A stretch of 64,000 nt of DNA. Origin: Shigella phage SHBML-50-1. Positions 43,412 to 55,400 of this stretch are shown here, one piece after another (the stretch's first letter is position 1; the number at the start of each line of letters is the position of its first letter). Made by a program: the position numbers and the translations under genes. The DNA lies in sequence record KX130864, one strand, 5' to 3'. The notes under the pieces are model-generated. The model saw only the letters and a program-made list of their open reading frames with translations. It was not told the DNA's origin and made no database searches.

Positions 43412-44320
43412 TTAAAGGTCATTCAAAAGGTCATCCAGGTCCGTGTCATCAGCACTAGATGAACTGCCAGAGCTTGAGCTCATAAAATCATCTTCAGTTT
43501 TTGTTTTGAAGTCATCAACATTGAATGCATCCAAATCATCAGCAACTTTATCAGCTTTCTTAGCGGCAGTTGCTGCGGCACCACCCATAGCAGCAGTTCC
43601 CATAACTTGACTGAACTTAGTGCTCAGTTCTTCAAACGATTTGAATTTATCTTTAGAAGTCATTTCAGAAAGGTCAACCATTTGTTCGAACAGTTCTTTC
43701 TGGAAAGATTCATCGTCAATGTTTGGAATCGCAGATTGATTCAGGAATTTAGATTCATCGTAGTTACTAAATCCAGAAACCTGTTTAACTTTCAGTACAA
43801 AGTTAGCACCTTCCCACGGACAAGTTACATCAACTGGAGTTTCACCCATTTCAACATCAACCGCAATCATCGCGTTGATTTTATCCCAGATTTTCTTACC
43901 GAAACGATATTTAAATACTTTACCTTCGTTTTCTGGAGCAGCTGGGTCTTTTACAACAAGAATGTTAGCCCAGTAAGAAGTTTTACGTTTAACAAGACTG
44001 TACTCTTTATTGTCAGTGTTGTACAGATCATTTTTACTGATGTATTGACATACTGGGCAAGAATCGTAATCACCATGGGTAGATGAACATGTTTCAATAT
44101 ACCATTTACCATTTTTCTTGAAACCGTGATTTACAAGAATTGCGAATGGTGCTTGTTCATCATTTTTAGACGGAAGAAAACGAATTACTGCTTGACCGTT
44201 ACCCGCATTATCGAGTTTCAGTTTCCACTCGCCTTTATCTTCAGAAGAAAAACCACCTTTATTTCCAGCCAGTTTAGCCATTTGTGCAGCGAGTTCAGCA
44301 GTAGATTTACGTTTAAACAT
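43412..44320 (-). CDS. 32: single-stranded DNA-binding protein gp32
   Basis: 302 aa; zinc-binding H...C..C..C region; acidic Ser-rich C-terminus; operator leader upstream. Confidence 0.95.
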   Translation of the reverse strand: MFKRKSTAELAAQMAKLAGNKGGFSSEDKGEWKLKLDNAGNGQAVIRFLPSKNDEQAPFAILVNHGFKKNGKWYIETCSSTHGDYDSCPVCQYISKNDLYNTDNKEYSLVKRKTSYWANILVVKDPAAPENEGKVFKYRFGKKIWDKINAMIAVDVEMGETPVDVTCPWEGANFVLKVKQVSGFSNYDESKFLNQSAIPNIDDESFQKELFEQMVDLSEMTSKDKFKSFEELSTKFSQVMGTAAMGGAAATAAKKADKVADDLDAFNVDDFKTKTEDDFMSSSSGSSSSADDTDLDDLLNDL

Positions 44321-44400
44321 TTTTATTTCCTTTTTAATTTAATTAACAGTTGGTGCTATGACGATGTATGACCTCATAGCTGGTCAGTGAGATAATTATA
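44321..44400 (-). promoter_or_regulatory. gene 32 translational operator (A/U-rich UUAAA-repeat leader)
   Basis: mRNA leader reads UUAAAUUAAAAAGGAAAUAAAAAUG immediately before the gene 32 ATG. Confidence 0.6.
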
Positions 44401-44403
44401 ATA

Positions 44404-44411
44404 TATTTATA
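44404..44411 (-). promoter_or_regulatory. late promoter upstream of gene 32
   Basis: TATAAATA on minus strand in the 32-59 intergenic region. Confidence 0.5.
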
Positions 44412-44419
44412 ATAAGCAA

Positions 44420-45073
44420 TTAATACTTGCAAGATTTCACAGTTTCAATAAAAACACTTTTAGCTTTCTGTGAATCAATATTTAAAATTTTTCTATAAGC
44501 CTTTAACTTTATAGAATAATTATTCCAGACCAAATTATCAGTCTGTTCATCATGTTTATCGATTATATTTAAAAACGAATCAAGCAAGATAAACGTTTCA
44601 AACGAAATTATATTCGATTGAAGTAGTTTAAAAATATAACTTGATTGAACTTTTGGATTATACTCGAAGATTTCTTTAAAAGCAGAAACTTCAACTTTTT
44701 TACTAAAATAATAAATGTTGCGAATATCTTCTTCAAACTTAAATTTAATTTGCTTTAAGCGTCCGATATATTCACGATAAAACACAAGTGCATCAGCGTC
44801 AGAGATGTCACCAATCCAAGCATCTTGGTTAGCAACAAGATTGCTTATAAAGATTAAAGCAAGTTCCTTTAATTTATATTTTTCTGATAACTTCTGGAAA
44901 AAATACTTATCCCTTCGCTTTTGATAAGCGGCATCAGACACCCGCATGCACCAATTATACTTAATAACATCATACTTTCCATTCATATGTTGTTTTATCA
45001 TTAAGTATAATTTATAAACTGATTTACCATCAATGTATCTTTCACCACCAGCAGGCATGCGGAGTTTAATCAT
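44420..45073 (-). CDS. 59: gp59 helicase loader
   Basis: 217 aa, N-terminus MIKLRMPAGGERYIDGKSVYKLY matches remembered T4 gp59. Confidence 0.93.
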   Translation of the reverse strand: MIKLRMPAGGERYIDGKSVYKLYLMIKQHMNGKYDVIKYNWCMRVSDAAYQKRRDKYFFQKLSEKYKLKELALIFISNLVANQDAWIGDISDADALVFYREYIGRLKQIKFKFEEDIRNIYYFSKKVEVSAFKEIFEYNPKVQSSYIFKLLQSNIISFETFILLDSFLNIIDKHDEQTDNLVWNNYSIKLKAYRKILNIDSQKAKSVFIETVKSCKY

Positions 45074-45408
45074 AGTAGAAAATCTAATGTATTAGTTTTT
45101 TCACAACGAACAACAGAAGGACGTAAAAGATTTTCGTCGATAGCTTCTGACTGAATTTTTTCAATTATACCCGAAGGAATAAATTTAGCAAATTGAGTTT
45201 CAGGAATAGAGTTTTCTTCTAAGAATGCTGTCGTAGCTTCAAGATAACTCATTCCAAACTCTTCTACCATTTTTTCAATAATAAATCCATTTTCTTGACG
45301 ATCAAGAAGCTTTGCTATTTCATCCTTTTCTTTCTTGATTGAAAGTTCTTTTTCTGAAAGACCGGTCTCATCGACCGGACGAATATCATTTAGAGAAAAC
45401 TGTGTCAT
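45070..45408 (-). CDS. 33: gp33 late transcription co-activator
   Basis: 112 aa from ATG at 45408 (track start is a TTG extension). Confidence 0.8.
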   Translation of the reverse strand: MTQFSLNDIRPVDETGLSEKELSIKKEKDEIAKLLDRQENGFIIEKMVEEFGMSYLEATTAFLEENSIPETQFAKFIPSGIIEKIQSEAIDENLLRPSVVRCEKTNTLDFLL

Positions 45409-45655
45409 AAAGTTCAACTACCTCTTCGGTTTCAGCTTCAAACACATCACGGTTATCTTTATGATATAGAGCCAAAAGACGATTAAACATCTTGCCATCA
45501 ACACCAAGTTCATCTTTAGCACGAATTCGAATATCTTTAATCAATTCATTATAACCGGAAATTTTCAGTTTATGATCAGATGCTTCTTTAATAAATTTAG
45601 CCAAGTCTTCGCCGTGGATAGCTTCATCAAATTCAACCATTTCTTTTTTAGCCAT
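45386..45655 (-). CDS. dsbA: DsbA double-stranded DNA-binding protein
   Basis: 89 aa; position between rnh and 33. Confidence 0.8.
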   Translation of the reverse strand: MAKKEMVEFDEAIHGEDLAKFIKEASDHKLKISGYNELIKDIRIRAKDELGVDGKMFNRLLALYHKDNRDVFEAETEEVVELYDTVFSK

Positions 45656-45663
45656 TATTCACC

Positions 45664-46581
45664 TCAAAATTCATTAATGCTATTAGTTAATTTAGAAAGA
45701 CCCGCTTTTACAAAATATGAATAAATTTTGCCACGCGGTGGTAATTTATATGAATTATAGTAATTCACAATGTTTGAAGCAATATTATCAGGAATATAAT
45801 CAAAATCAATTAGAACTAAATTTTCTTTATAACGATTATATTCAGATTCTGTGAGAAGCACCTTAGCTTGCTCACGGTCATTAGCAATAGCTTCAACGAT
45901 TGAAGTTTTCATTGAAGGGGTTCGTTCACCTTCAACTTTGGTAAACCAAAAGTCAGATCGTACTTTAACTGAAGCAACGTTATCCTTTTTATCGCCTTTA
46001 AGGATTTTAGTCATACAGTCAATTTCAGCAGAACCGCTTTTAATTTTAACCCATTTCTTGTGCATCGGTGACCATTGCTTAACATTTGGGTATTTGTGAA
46101 GTTGAGTAAAGTCACCATCCGATGAAATGATTAAAATCTTGTGTCCTTCTAAAGAGAGCTTTTTAACAAGAACGGCAATATGGTCATCTGCTTCATACTT
46201 ATCAATATCCATAACGATGTATGGCATATAAGCTTTCAATTCATCTATAACTTTGTGGCTGGATTCAAAATAACCTTCCCAGTCCCAAGTCGATTCTTCT
46301 CGTGCTTTTCCACGGTTTTTCTTATAATAATACGCGAAATCACGACGCCAGTATCCAGATTTCGCGTTATCAATACACAGTACAATTTTAGTGTATCCAA
46401 GCGTTTTTGCTTTTTTGACATTAAACTTAATTGAGTTCAATATCAAATGACGAACCATTGATAAATTAATTTTTTCTTTATCTGGGAAGTTTACTAAAGC
46501 AGTTGAAAGCGCAATTTGACTAAAGTCAATTAAGCAGATTCCTTCTTTGTAATCTTCATCCAGCATCATTTCTAAATCCAT
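45664..46581 (-). CDS. rnh: RNase H (FEN-1 type 5'-3' exonuclease)
   Basis: 305 aa from ATG at 46581 with GAGG SD (track start is a TTG extension); acidic active-site clusters. Confidence 0.92.
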   Translation of the reverse strand: MDLEMMLDEDYKEGICLIDFSQIALSTALVNFPDKEKINLSMVRHLILNSIKFNVKKAKTLGYTKIVLCIDNAKSGYWRRDFAYYYKKNRGKAREESTWDWEGYFESSHKVIDELKAYMPYIVMDIDKYEADDHIAVLVKKLSLEGHKILIISSDGDFTQLHKYPNVKQWSPMHKKWVKIKSGSAEIDCMTKILKGDKKDNVASVKVRSDFWFTKVEGERTPSMKTSIVEAIANDREQAKVLLTESEYNRYKENLVLIDFDYIPDNIASNIVNYYNSYKLPPRGKIYSYFVKAGLSKLTNSINEF

Positions 46582-46643
46582 ATGAACCTCGTTCAATTAG
46601 TGAGATTTCTATTATATACCATCCGAATCTTAAAGTAAACAAG

Positions 46644-46651
46644 TATAAATA
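46644..46651 (+). promoter_or_regulatory. late promoter for gene 34
   Basis: Exact TATAAATA. Confidence 0.7.
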
Positions 46652-46685
46652 CTTATTATTGAAAACACAATAGGAGCCCGGGAGA

Positions 46686-49600
46686 ATGGCCGAGATTAAA
46701 AGAAAGTTCAGAGCAGAAGATGGTCTGGACGCAGGTGGTGATAAAATAATCAACGTAGCTTTAGCTGATCGTACCGTAGGAACTGACGGTGTTAACGTTG
46801 ATTACTTAATTCAAGAAAACACAGTTCAACAATATGATCCAACTCGTGGATATTTAAAAGATTTTGTAATCATTTATGATAACCGCTTTTGGGCTGCTAT
46901 AAATGATATTCCAAAACCAGCAGGAGCTTTTAATAGCGGGCGCTGGAGAGCATTACGTACTGATGCTAACTGGATTACAGTTTCATCTGGTTCATATCAA
47001 TTAAAATCCGGTGAAGCTATTTCGGTTAACACTGCAGCTGGTAATGATATTACATTTACTTTACCATCTACTCCAATTGACGGTGATACTATCGTTCTCC
47101 AAGATATTGGAGGAAAACCTGGAGTTAACCAAGTTTTAATTGTAGCTCCGGTGCAAAGTATTGTAAACTTTAGAGGTGAACAGGTACGCTCAGTACTAAT
47201 GACTCATCCAAAGTCACAGCTAGTTTTAATTTTTAGTAATCGTCTGTGGCAAATGTATGTTGCTGATTATAGTAGAGAAGCTGTAATTGTAACACCAGCG
47301 AATACTTATCAAGCGCAATCAAATGATTTTATCGTACGTAGATTTACTTCTGCTGCACCAATAAATATTAAACTTCCAAGATTTGCTAATCATGGCGATA
47401 TTATTAATTTCGTCGATTTAGATAAACTAAATCCGCTTTATCATACAATTGTTACTACATACGATGAAACGACTTCAGTACAAGAAGTTGGAACTCATTC
47501 CATTGAAGGCCGTACATCGATTGACGGTTTCTTGATGTTTGATGATAATGAGAAATTGTGGAGATTGTTTGACGGGGATAGTAAAGCGCGTTTACGCATT
47601 ATAACGACTAATTCTAATATTCGTCCAAACGAAGAAGTTATGGTATTTGGTGCGAATAACGGAACAACCCAAACAATTGAGCTTCAGCTTCCAACTAATA
47701 TTTCTGTTGGTGATACTGTTAAAATTTCCATGAATTACATGAGAAAAGGACAAACAGTTAAAATCAAAGCTGCCGGTGAAGATAAAATTGCTTCTTCAGT
47801 TCAATTACTGCAATTCCCAAAACGCTCAGAATATCCGCCTGAAGCTGAATGGGTTACAGTCCAAGAATTAGTTTTTAACGGTGAAACTAATTATGTTCCA
47901 GTTTTGCAACTTGCTTACATAGAAGATTCTGATGGAAAATATTGGGTTGTACAGCAAAACGTTCCAACCGTAGAAAGAGTAGACTCTTTAAATGATTCTA
48001 CTAGAGCAAGATTAGGCGTAATTGCTTTAGCTACACAAGCTCAAGCTAATGTCGATTTAGAAAATTCTCCACAAAAAGAATTAGCAATTACTCCAGAAAC
48101 ATTAGCTAACCGTACTGCTACAGAAACTCGTAGAGGTATCGCAAGAATAGCAACTACTGCTCAAGTGAATCAGAACACCACATTCTCTTTTGCTGATGAT
48201 ATTATCATCACTCCTAAAAAGCTGAATGAAAGAACTGCTACAGAAACTCGCAGAGGTGTCGCAGAAATTGCTACGCAGCAAGAAACTAATACAGGTACTG
48301 ATGATACTACAATCATTACTCCTAAAAAGCTTCAAGCTCGTCAAGGTTCTGAATCATTATCTGGTATTGTAACTTTTGTATCTACTGCAGGAGCTACTCC
48401 AGCTTCTAGTCGTGAATTAAATGGTACAAATGTTTATAATAAAAACACTAATAACTTAGTTGTTTCACCTAAAGCCTTGGATCAGTATAAAGCTACGCCT
48501 ACTCAACAGGGTGCAGTAATTTTAGCAGTTGAAAGTGAAGTAATTGCTGGACAAAGCCAAGAAGGATGGGCAAATGCGGTTGTAACGCCAGAAACGTTAC
48601 ATAAAAAGACATCAACTGATGCAAGAATTGGTTTAATTGAAATTGCTACGCAAAGTGAAGTTAATACAGGAACTGATTATACTCGTGCAGTCACTCCTAA
48701 AACTTTAAATGACCGTAGAGCAACTGAAAGTTTAAGTGGTATAGCTGAAATTGCTACACAAGTTGAATTCGACGCAGGCGTCGACGATACTCGTATCTCT
48801 ACACCATTAAAAATTAAAACTAGATTTAATAGTACTGATCGTACTTCTGTTGTTGCTCTATCTGGATTAGTTGAATCAGGAACTCTCTGGGACCATTATA
48901 CCCTTAATATTCTTGAAGCAAATGAGACACAACGTGGTACACTTCGTGTAGCTACACAAGTTGAAGCTGCTGCAGGAACACTAGATAATGTTTTAATAAC
49001 TCCTAAAAAGCTTTTAGGTACTAAATCTACCGAATCGCAAGAAGGTGTTATTAAAGTTGCAACTCAGTCTGAAACTGTGACTGGAACGTCAGCAAATACT
49101 GCTGTATCTCCAAAAAATTTAAAATGGATTGTGCAGAGCGAACCTACTTGGGCAGCTACTACTGCGATAAGAGGCTTTGTTAAAACTTCATCTGGTTCAA
49201 TTACATTCGTTGGTAACGATACAGTTGGTTCAACGCAGGACTTAGAGTTATATGAGAAAAATAGCTATGCAGTATCACCATATGAATTAAACCGTGTATT
49301 AGCAAATTATCTGCCGTTAAAAGCAAAAGCTGTAGATAGTAATTTATTGGATGGTCTAGATTCATCTCAGTTCATTCGTAGGGATATTGCACAGACGGTT
49401 AATGGTTCACTAACCTTAACCCAACAAACGAATCTGAGTGCCCCTCTTGTATCATCTAGTACTGCTACGTTTGGTGGATCAGTCACAGCAAATAGTACAT
49501 TAACTATTTCTAATACTGGTACGTCTTCTTCTCGATTTACATTTGAGAAGGGTCCTGCTTCTGGTAGTAATGCTGATTCTGCACTGCATGTTCGTGTATG

Positions 49601-50558
49601 GGGTAATAAGTACAGCGGCGGTTCTGATGTAACTCGCGCAACGATTATAGAATTCTATGATGCATCCGGCACTCATTTCTATTCTCAAAGAGATACGTCA
49701 AATAATGTGTTGTTCAACATTTTAGGTACGATGCAATCAGTCCATGCTAACGTTCGTGGTGTTCTGAACGTTACAGGTGTCTCAACGTTTAATAGTTCAG
49801 TTACTGCTAATGGCGAATTTATCAGTAAATCGTCGAATGCTTTTAGAGCAATAAATGGTGATTATGGATTCTTTATTCGCAATGATGGATCAGTAACGAA
49901 TTTTATGCTTACTGCATCCGGCGATCAGACTGGTGGATTTAATGGATTACGTCCTTTAGCTATTAATAATGCATCTGGCCAAGTAACGATTGGTGAAAGC
50001 TTAATCATTGCCAAAGGTGCTACTATAACTTCAGGTGGTTTAACTGTTAACTCGAGAATTCGTTCTCAGGGTACTAAAACATCTGACTTATATACCCGTG
50101 CGCCAACATCTGATACTGTAGGATTCTGGTCAATAGATATTAACGATTCAGCCACTTATAACCAGTTCCCAGGTTATTTTAAAATGGTTGAAAAAACTAA
50201 CGAAGTGACTGGACTTCCGTACTTAGAACGTGGCGAAGAAGTTAAATCTCCTGGTACATTGACTCAGTTTGGTAACACACTTGATTCGCTTTACCAAGAT
50301 TGGATTACTTATCCAACGACTCCAGAAGCACGTACCACTCGCTGGACCCGTACATGGCAGAAAACCAAAAACTCTTGGTCGAGTTTTGTTCAGGTATTTG
50401 ATGGAGGTAACCCTCCTCAGCCGTCTGATATCGGTGCTTTACCATCTGATAATGCTACAATGGGGAATCTTACTATTCGCGATTTCTTACGAATTGGTAA
50501 TGTTCGCATTATTCCTGACCCAGTGAATAAATCTGTTAAATTTGAATGGATTGAATAA
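46686..50558 (+). CDS. 34: long tail fibre proximal subunit gp34
   Basis: 1290 aa; late promoter at 46644-46651; repetitive beta-structure segments. Confidence 0.93.
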   Translation: MAEIKRKFRAEDGLDAGGDKIINVALADRTVGTDGVNVDYLIQENTVQQYDPTRGYLKDFVIIYDNRFWAAINDIPKPAGAFNSGRWRALRTDANWITVSSGSYQLKSGEAISVNTAAGNDITFTLPSTPIDGDTIVLQDIGGKPGVNQVLIVAPVQSIVNFRGEQVRSVLMTHPKSQLVLIFSNRLWQMYVADYSREAVIVTPANTYQAQSNDFIVRRFTSAAPINIKLPRFANHGDIINFVDLDKLNPLYHTIVTTYDETTSVQEVGTHSIEGRTSIDGFLMFDDNEKLWRLFDGDSKARLRIITTNSNIRPNEEVMVFGANNGTTQTIELQLPTNISVGDTVKISMNYMRKGQTVKIKAAGEDKIASSVQLLQFPKRSEYPPEAEWVTVQELVFNGETNYVPVLQLAYIEDSDGKYWVVQQNVPTVERVDSLNDSTRARLGVIALATQAQANVDLENSPQKELAITPETLANRTATETRRGIARIATTAQVNQNTTFSFADDIIITPKKLNERTATETRRGVAEIATQQETNTGTDDTTIITPKKLQARQGSESLSGIVTFVSTAGATPASSRELNGTNVYNKNTNNLVVSPKALDQYKATPTQQGAVILAVESEVIAGQSQEGWANAVVTPETLHKKTSTDARIGLIEIATQSEVNTGTDYTRAVTPKTLNDRRATESLSGIAEIATQVEFDAGVDDTRISTPLKIKTRFNSTDRTSVVALSGLVESGTLWDHYTLNILEANETQRGTLRVATQVEAAAGTLDNVLITPKKLLGTKSTESQEGVIKVATQSETVTGTSANTAVSPKNLKWIVQSEPTWAATTAIRGFVKTSSGSITFVGNDTVGSTQDLELYEKNSYAVSPYELNRVLANYLPLKAKAVDSNLLDGLDSSQFIRRDIAQTVNGSLTLTQQTNLSAPLVSSSTATFGGSVTANSTLTISNTGTSSSRFTFEKGPASGSNADSALHVRVWGNKYSGGSDVTRATIIEFYDASGTHFYSQRDTSNNVLFNILGTMQSVHANVRGVLNVTGVSTFNSSVTANGEFISKSSNAFRAINGDYGFFIRNDGSVTNFMLTASGDQTGGFNGLRPLAINNASGQVTIGESLIIAKGATITSGGLTVNSRIRSQGTKTSDLYTRAPTSDTVGFWSIDINDSATYNQFPGYFKMVEKTNEVTGLPYLERGEEVKSPGTLTQFGNTLDSLYQDWITYPTTPEARTTRWTRTWQKTKNSWSSFVQVFDGGNPPQPSDIGALPSDNATMGNLTIRDFLRIGNVRIIPDPVNKSVKFEWIE

Positions 50559-50566
50559 GAGGTATT

Positions 50567-51682
50567 ATGGAAAAATTTATGGCAGAGTTTGGACAAGGAT
50601 ATGTCCAAACGCCATTTTTATCGGAAAGTAATTCAGTAAGATATAAAATAAGTATAGCGGGTTCTTGCCCGCTTTCTACTGCAGGACCATACGTTAAATT
50701 TCAAGATAATCCTGTTGGAAGTCAAACATTTAGCGCAGGTCTTCATCTAAGAGTTTTTGACCCTTCCACCGGAGCATTAGTTGATAGTAAGTCATATGCT
50801 TTTTCTACTTCAAATGATACTACATCGGCTGCTTTTGTTAGTTTCATGAATTCTTTGACGAATAACAGACTTGTTGCTATATTAACTAGCGGAAAGGTTA
50901 ATTTTCCTCCTGAAGTAGTATCTTGGTTAAGAACCGCCGGAACGTCTGCTTTTCCATCTGATTCTGTATTGTCAAGATTCGACGTATCATATGCTGCCTT
51001 TTATACTTCTTCTAAAAGAGCTATTGCATTAGAGCATGTTAAACTGAGTAATAGAAAAAGCACAGATGATTATCAAACTATTTTAGATGTTGTATTTGAC
51101 AGTTTAGAAGATGTAGGAGCTACTGGGTTTCCAAGAAGAACGTATGAAAGCGTTGAACAATTCATGTCAGCTGTTGGTGGAACTAATAACGAAATTGCGA
51201 GATTGCCAACTTCAGCTGCTATAAGTAAATTATCTGATTATAATTTAATTCCTGGAGATGTTCTTTATCTTAAAACACAGCTATACGCCGATGCCGATTT
51301 ACTTGCGCTTGGAACTACGAATATATCCATTCGATTTTATAATGCATCTAACGGATATATTTCCTCGACACAAGCTGAATTTACCGGGCAAGCTGGATCT
51401 TGGGAATTAAAGGAAGATTATGTAGTTGTTCCAGAAAACGCTGTAGGATTTACGATATACGCACAGAGAACTGCACAAGCTGGCCAAGGTGGCATGAGAA
51501 ATTTAAGCTTTTCTGAAGTATCAAGAAACGGCGGTATTTCAAAACCTGCTGAATTTGGCGTCAACGGTATTCGTGTTAATTATATCTGTGAATCCGCTTC
51601 ACCTCCGGATATAATGGTACTTCCTACGCAAGCATCGTCTAAAACTGGTAAAGTGTTTGGGCAAGAATTTAGAGAAGTTTAA
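50567..51682 (+). CDS. 35: long tail fibre hinge protein gp35
   Basis: 371 aa; position; terminator downstream. Confidence 0.85.
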   Translation: MEKFMAEFGQGYVQTPFLSESNSVRYKISIAGSCPLSTAGPYVKFQDNPVGSQTFSAGLHLRVFDPSTGALVDSKSYAFSTSNDTTSAAFVSFMNSLTNNRLVAILTSGKVNFPPEVVSWLRTAGTSAFPSDSVLSRFDVSYAAFYTSSKRAIALEHVKLSNRKSTDDYQTILDVVFDSLEDVGATGFPRRTYESVEQFMSAVGGTNNEIARLPTSAAISKLSDYNLIPGDVLYLKTQLYADADLLALGTTNISIRFYNASNGYISSTQAEFTGQAGSWELKEDYVVVPENAVGFTIYAQRTAQAGQGGMRNLSFSEVSRNGGISKPAEFGVNGIRVNYICESASPPDIMVLPTQASSKTGKVFGQEFREV

Positions 51683-51687
51683 ACTGA

Positions 51688-51715
51688 GGGAGCCTTCGGG
51701 TTCCCTTTTTCTTTA
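51688..51715 (+). terminator. terminator after gene 35
   Basis: gggagcc-ttcg-ggttccc followed by a T-run. Confidence 0.75.
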
Positions 51716-51721
51716 TAAATA
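51714..51721 (+). promoter_or_regulatory. late promoter for gene 36
   Basis: Exact TATAAATA after the gene 35 terminator. Confidence 0.7.
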
Positions 51722-51744
51722 CTATTAAAATAAAGGGGCATACA

Positions 51745-52410
51745 ATGGCTGATTTAAAAGTAGGTTCAACAACTGGAGGCTCTGTCATTTGGCATCAAGG
51801 AAATTTTCCATTGAATCCAGCCGGTGACGATGTACTCTATAAATCATTTAAAATATATTCAGAATACAATAAACCGCAAGCGGCTGATAACGATTTCGTT
51901 TCTAAAGCTAACGGTGGTACTTATGCATCAAAGGTAACATTTAATGCTGGTGTTCAAGTACCATATGCTATAAACAATACAAACCAAAGTGGTATTTATC
52001 CTGGTAATGGAGATGCAGCTACTTTTGTTACAGCAAATATTGATATTGTTTCATGGTATGGCGTAGGATTTAAATCATCACAAGGATCTGCCGGTAGAAC
52101 TGTAGTAATTAATACACGCAATGGTGATATTAGCACAAAAGGTGTTGTGTCGGCAGCTGGTCAAGTAAGAAGTGATGCGGCTGCTCCTATAGCAGCGAAT
52201 GACCTTACTAGAAAGGACTATGTTGATGGAGCAATAAATACTGTTACAGCAAATGCAAACTCTAGAGTGTTGCGTTCTGGTGACACTATGACGGGAAACT
52301 TAACCGCACCAAACTTTTTCTCACAGAATCCTGCGTCTCAACCTTCTCACGTTCCGCGATTTGATCAAATCGTAATTAAGGATTCTGTTCAAGATTTCGG
52401 CTATTATTAA
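51745..52410 (+). CDS. 36: long tail fibre distal connector gp36
   Basis: 221 aa; late promoter at 51714-51721. Confidence 0.85.
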   Translation: MADLKVGSTTGGSVIWHQGNFPLNPAGDDVLYKSFKIYSEYNKPQAADNDFVSKANGGTYASKVTFNAGVQVPYAINNTNQSGIYPGNGDAATFVTANIDIVSWYGVGFKSSQGSAGRTVVINTRNGDISTKGVVSAAGQVRSDAAAPIAANDLTRKDYVDGAINTVTANANSRVLRSGDTMTGNLTAPNFFSQNPASQPSHVPRFDQIVIKDSVQDFGYY

Positions 52411-52418
52411 GAGGACTT

Positions 52419-55400
52419 ATGGCTACTTTAAAACAAATACAATTTAAAAGAAGCAAAACTGCAGGTCAACGTCCTGCTGCTTCAGTATTAGCCGAAGGTG
52501 AATTGGCTATAAACTTAAAAGACCGTACTCTTTTTACTAAAGATGACTCGGGAAATATTATTGATTTAAGCATTACCGCTGGCGGTAATATTAGTGGAAA
52601 TATCACTCAAACTGGCGATTATACACAGACTGGAAAATTTAATTTAATTGGTCCGCAAATTGTAGCAAGCGGTGGATATATTGAGTTTAATTATCGTACT
52701 ACTGGAAGTGGGGCTTGGTCTGGTCAACACACTGCAAAAGCTCCAATTTTTGTAGATTTAAGCTCAGCTACTTCCACATCTGAATATAATCCTATAATTA
52801 AACAGCGCTTTAAAGATGGAACTTTTTCATTAGGTACTTTAGTTTCTGAAGGTTCGTTGAAGATTCATTATATCAATGAATCTGGCGATTCGAAATATTG
52901 GACGTTTCGACGTGACGGCGGATTTGTTGTTGACGGTGGAGGTTTAGCAGTATCAGGAGGTAGTATAACTACATCTGGAAATATTGCAGCTCTCGGAAAT
53001 ATTACTTCGCCTCAGATTAATACTAAAAATATTATTTTAGATACAAAAGCATTTGGACAATACGATTCGCAATCATTAGTTCAATATGTTTATCCTGGAA
53101 CAGGTGAAGAAAATGGTATAAACTATCTTCGTAAAGTTCGAGCTAAATCAGGCGGAACCATTTACCATGAAATCGCTTCAGCTCAAACCGGTAAAAATGA
53201 TGAAATTTCTTGGTGGACCGGAAATACACTTACTACTAAATTAATGGGTCTTCGTAATGATGGCGCAATGGTATTACGTCGTTCACTTGCTATTGGCACA
53301 ATTACCACTGACGAAAATACTAACAACTATGGTTCTCCTACTCCAATGGGAGAAAGATATATTGCTTTGGGCGATGCTGCCACTGGTTTAAAATACATTA
53401 AGCAGGGTGTTTATGATTTAGTAGGTAATTGGAATTCTGTTGCTTCTATTACTCCTGATAGTTTCCGTAGTACTCGTAAAGCGTTATTTGGACGTTCAGA
53501 AGACCAAGGCGGAACCTGGACAATGCCTGGAACGAACGCTGCCTTTTTATCAGTTCAAACACAGGCTGATGAAAACACTGCTGGAGACGGCCAGACGCAT
53601 ATTGGCTATAACTCAGGCGGAAAAATGAACCACTATTTCCGTGGTAAAGGCAAAACTAATATTAATACTCAGGAAGGTATGGAAGTTAATCCGGGTATTT
53701 TGAAATTGGTAACTGGCTCTAATAATGTAATGTTTTATGCTGATGGCGGTATTACATCTGTTAAGCAGCTTTCAATATATAATGGCATATATTTAGCAGC
53801 TAATAATTCTACTGCTGGGCTAACATTCGCTCCAACTACTACAATTGATGGCACTAAGCAAATTTTGTGGGAAGGCGGTACTCGTGCTGGTCAGAATAAA
53901 AGCTATGTAACTGTTAAAGCATGGGGTAATTCATTTAATGCATCTGGCGATCGTGCTCGTGAAACAGTTTTTGAAGTATCAGATGGACAAGGATATTATT
54001 TTTATTCACAGCGTGTGGCTCCAAGTGGCTCTGAAACTACTGGGCCTGTTGTAACCCAGTTCAATGGACAAGTTAATGCTAGAGGAAGTATTATTACTGA
54101 CGGAAGTTTTAAAGTTAATGGATTAAGCACTTTAGTCGGTAATGTTACCATGTCTAATGGTTTGTTTGTCCAAGGTGGTTCTTCTATTACTGGACAAGTT
54201 AAAATTGGCGGAACAGCTGATGCATTAAGAATTTGGAATGCTGAATACGGGGCTATTTTCCGTCGTTCTGAAGATAAGCTTTATATTATTCCAACTCCAC
54301 AGAATGCTGGTGAATCAGGTGGTATTTCTAATTTACGTCCGTTCTATATTACATTAAGTAATGGTAAAGTTTCCATGGATCATGATGTAGATATCGGTGG
54401 AGGTAGATTTAAAGTAGAAGTGGCTGGAACTACTGCTAATCAACGCATAACAGTAAATATGGCATCAGATGCTATTAGAATAAATGCTCCAACACAAGAG
54501 TCTTCTAACTTCATTCAAGGACGTAAAGCAGATGTTCCGAAATGGTATTTAGGTATTGGCGATGGCGGAAACGTCGTTCGTATGCATAGTTACACCCATT
54601 CACATGGTATTGCATTAAACTCTGATACTGTCGATATTACTAAGCCTCTTAAAGTCGGAAATGCCCAACTAGGAACTGACGGTAATATTACCGGTGGTTC
54701 AGGAAACTTTGCTAATTTAAACAGTACAATTGAATCATTAAAAACCGATATTGTTTCAAGTTATCCTATTGGAGCTCCTATTCCATGGCCAACGGATACT
54801 CCTCCTGACGGTTACGCTATTATGGAAGGCCAGACTTTTGATAAGTCTGCATACCCAAAATTGGCTATGGCTTACCCATCTGGCGTAATTCCAGATATGC
54901 GCGGGCAAACTATTAAAGGTAAACCAAGTGGTCGAGCTGTATTAAGCGCAGAAGCCGATGGTGTTAAGGCTCATAGCCATAGTGCATCGGCTTCAAGTAC
55001 TGACTTGGGTACTAAAACTACATCAAGCTTTGATTATGGTACTAAAACATCTTCAAGCTTTGATTATGGCACGAAGGGAACTAACAGTACTGGTGGTCAT
55101 TCTCACTCTGTAAATGGTACAACAAGTGCCGCTGGCAACCACGCTCACCACTTAGGTCTGTTATTAGTTAACGGTGGTGATGCTTTGTACGGGTATACAA
55201 CCGTTGGTAACAGCCTCCCTAGAACACTTGACTGGCTTGACAGAAGAGACAATAAATTCCCCAACACTAACACAACTGGTAACCATACACATACATGGTC
55301 TGGCACTACAAGCGGTGCTGGTGCTCATACACATACTGTAGGTATTGGTGCTCATACACATACTGTAGGTATTGGTGCTCATACTCACTCGGTAGCAATT

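Noticed and set aside
45664-46596. Track-extended N-termini (rnh, gp33, uvsW.1, rnlA, denA, ndd, cd.2)
   Set aside because: Several extensions start at TTG or at upstream codons lacking an SD; internal ATGs with good SDs give lengths matching known T4 proteins
48102-48344. Minus-strand ORFs inside gene 34 (also 49500-49688) and gene 37 (55164-55415)
   Set aside because: Antisense shadow ORFs within long tail fibre genes; the gene 37 one merely mirrors the His-box repeats
55320-55400. Possible CRISPR-like repeat array
   Set aside because: The repeats are in-frame tandem codon repeats inside gp37 with no spacers; not a CRISPR array
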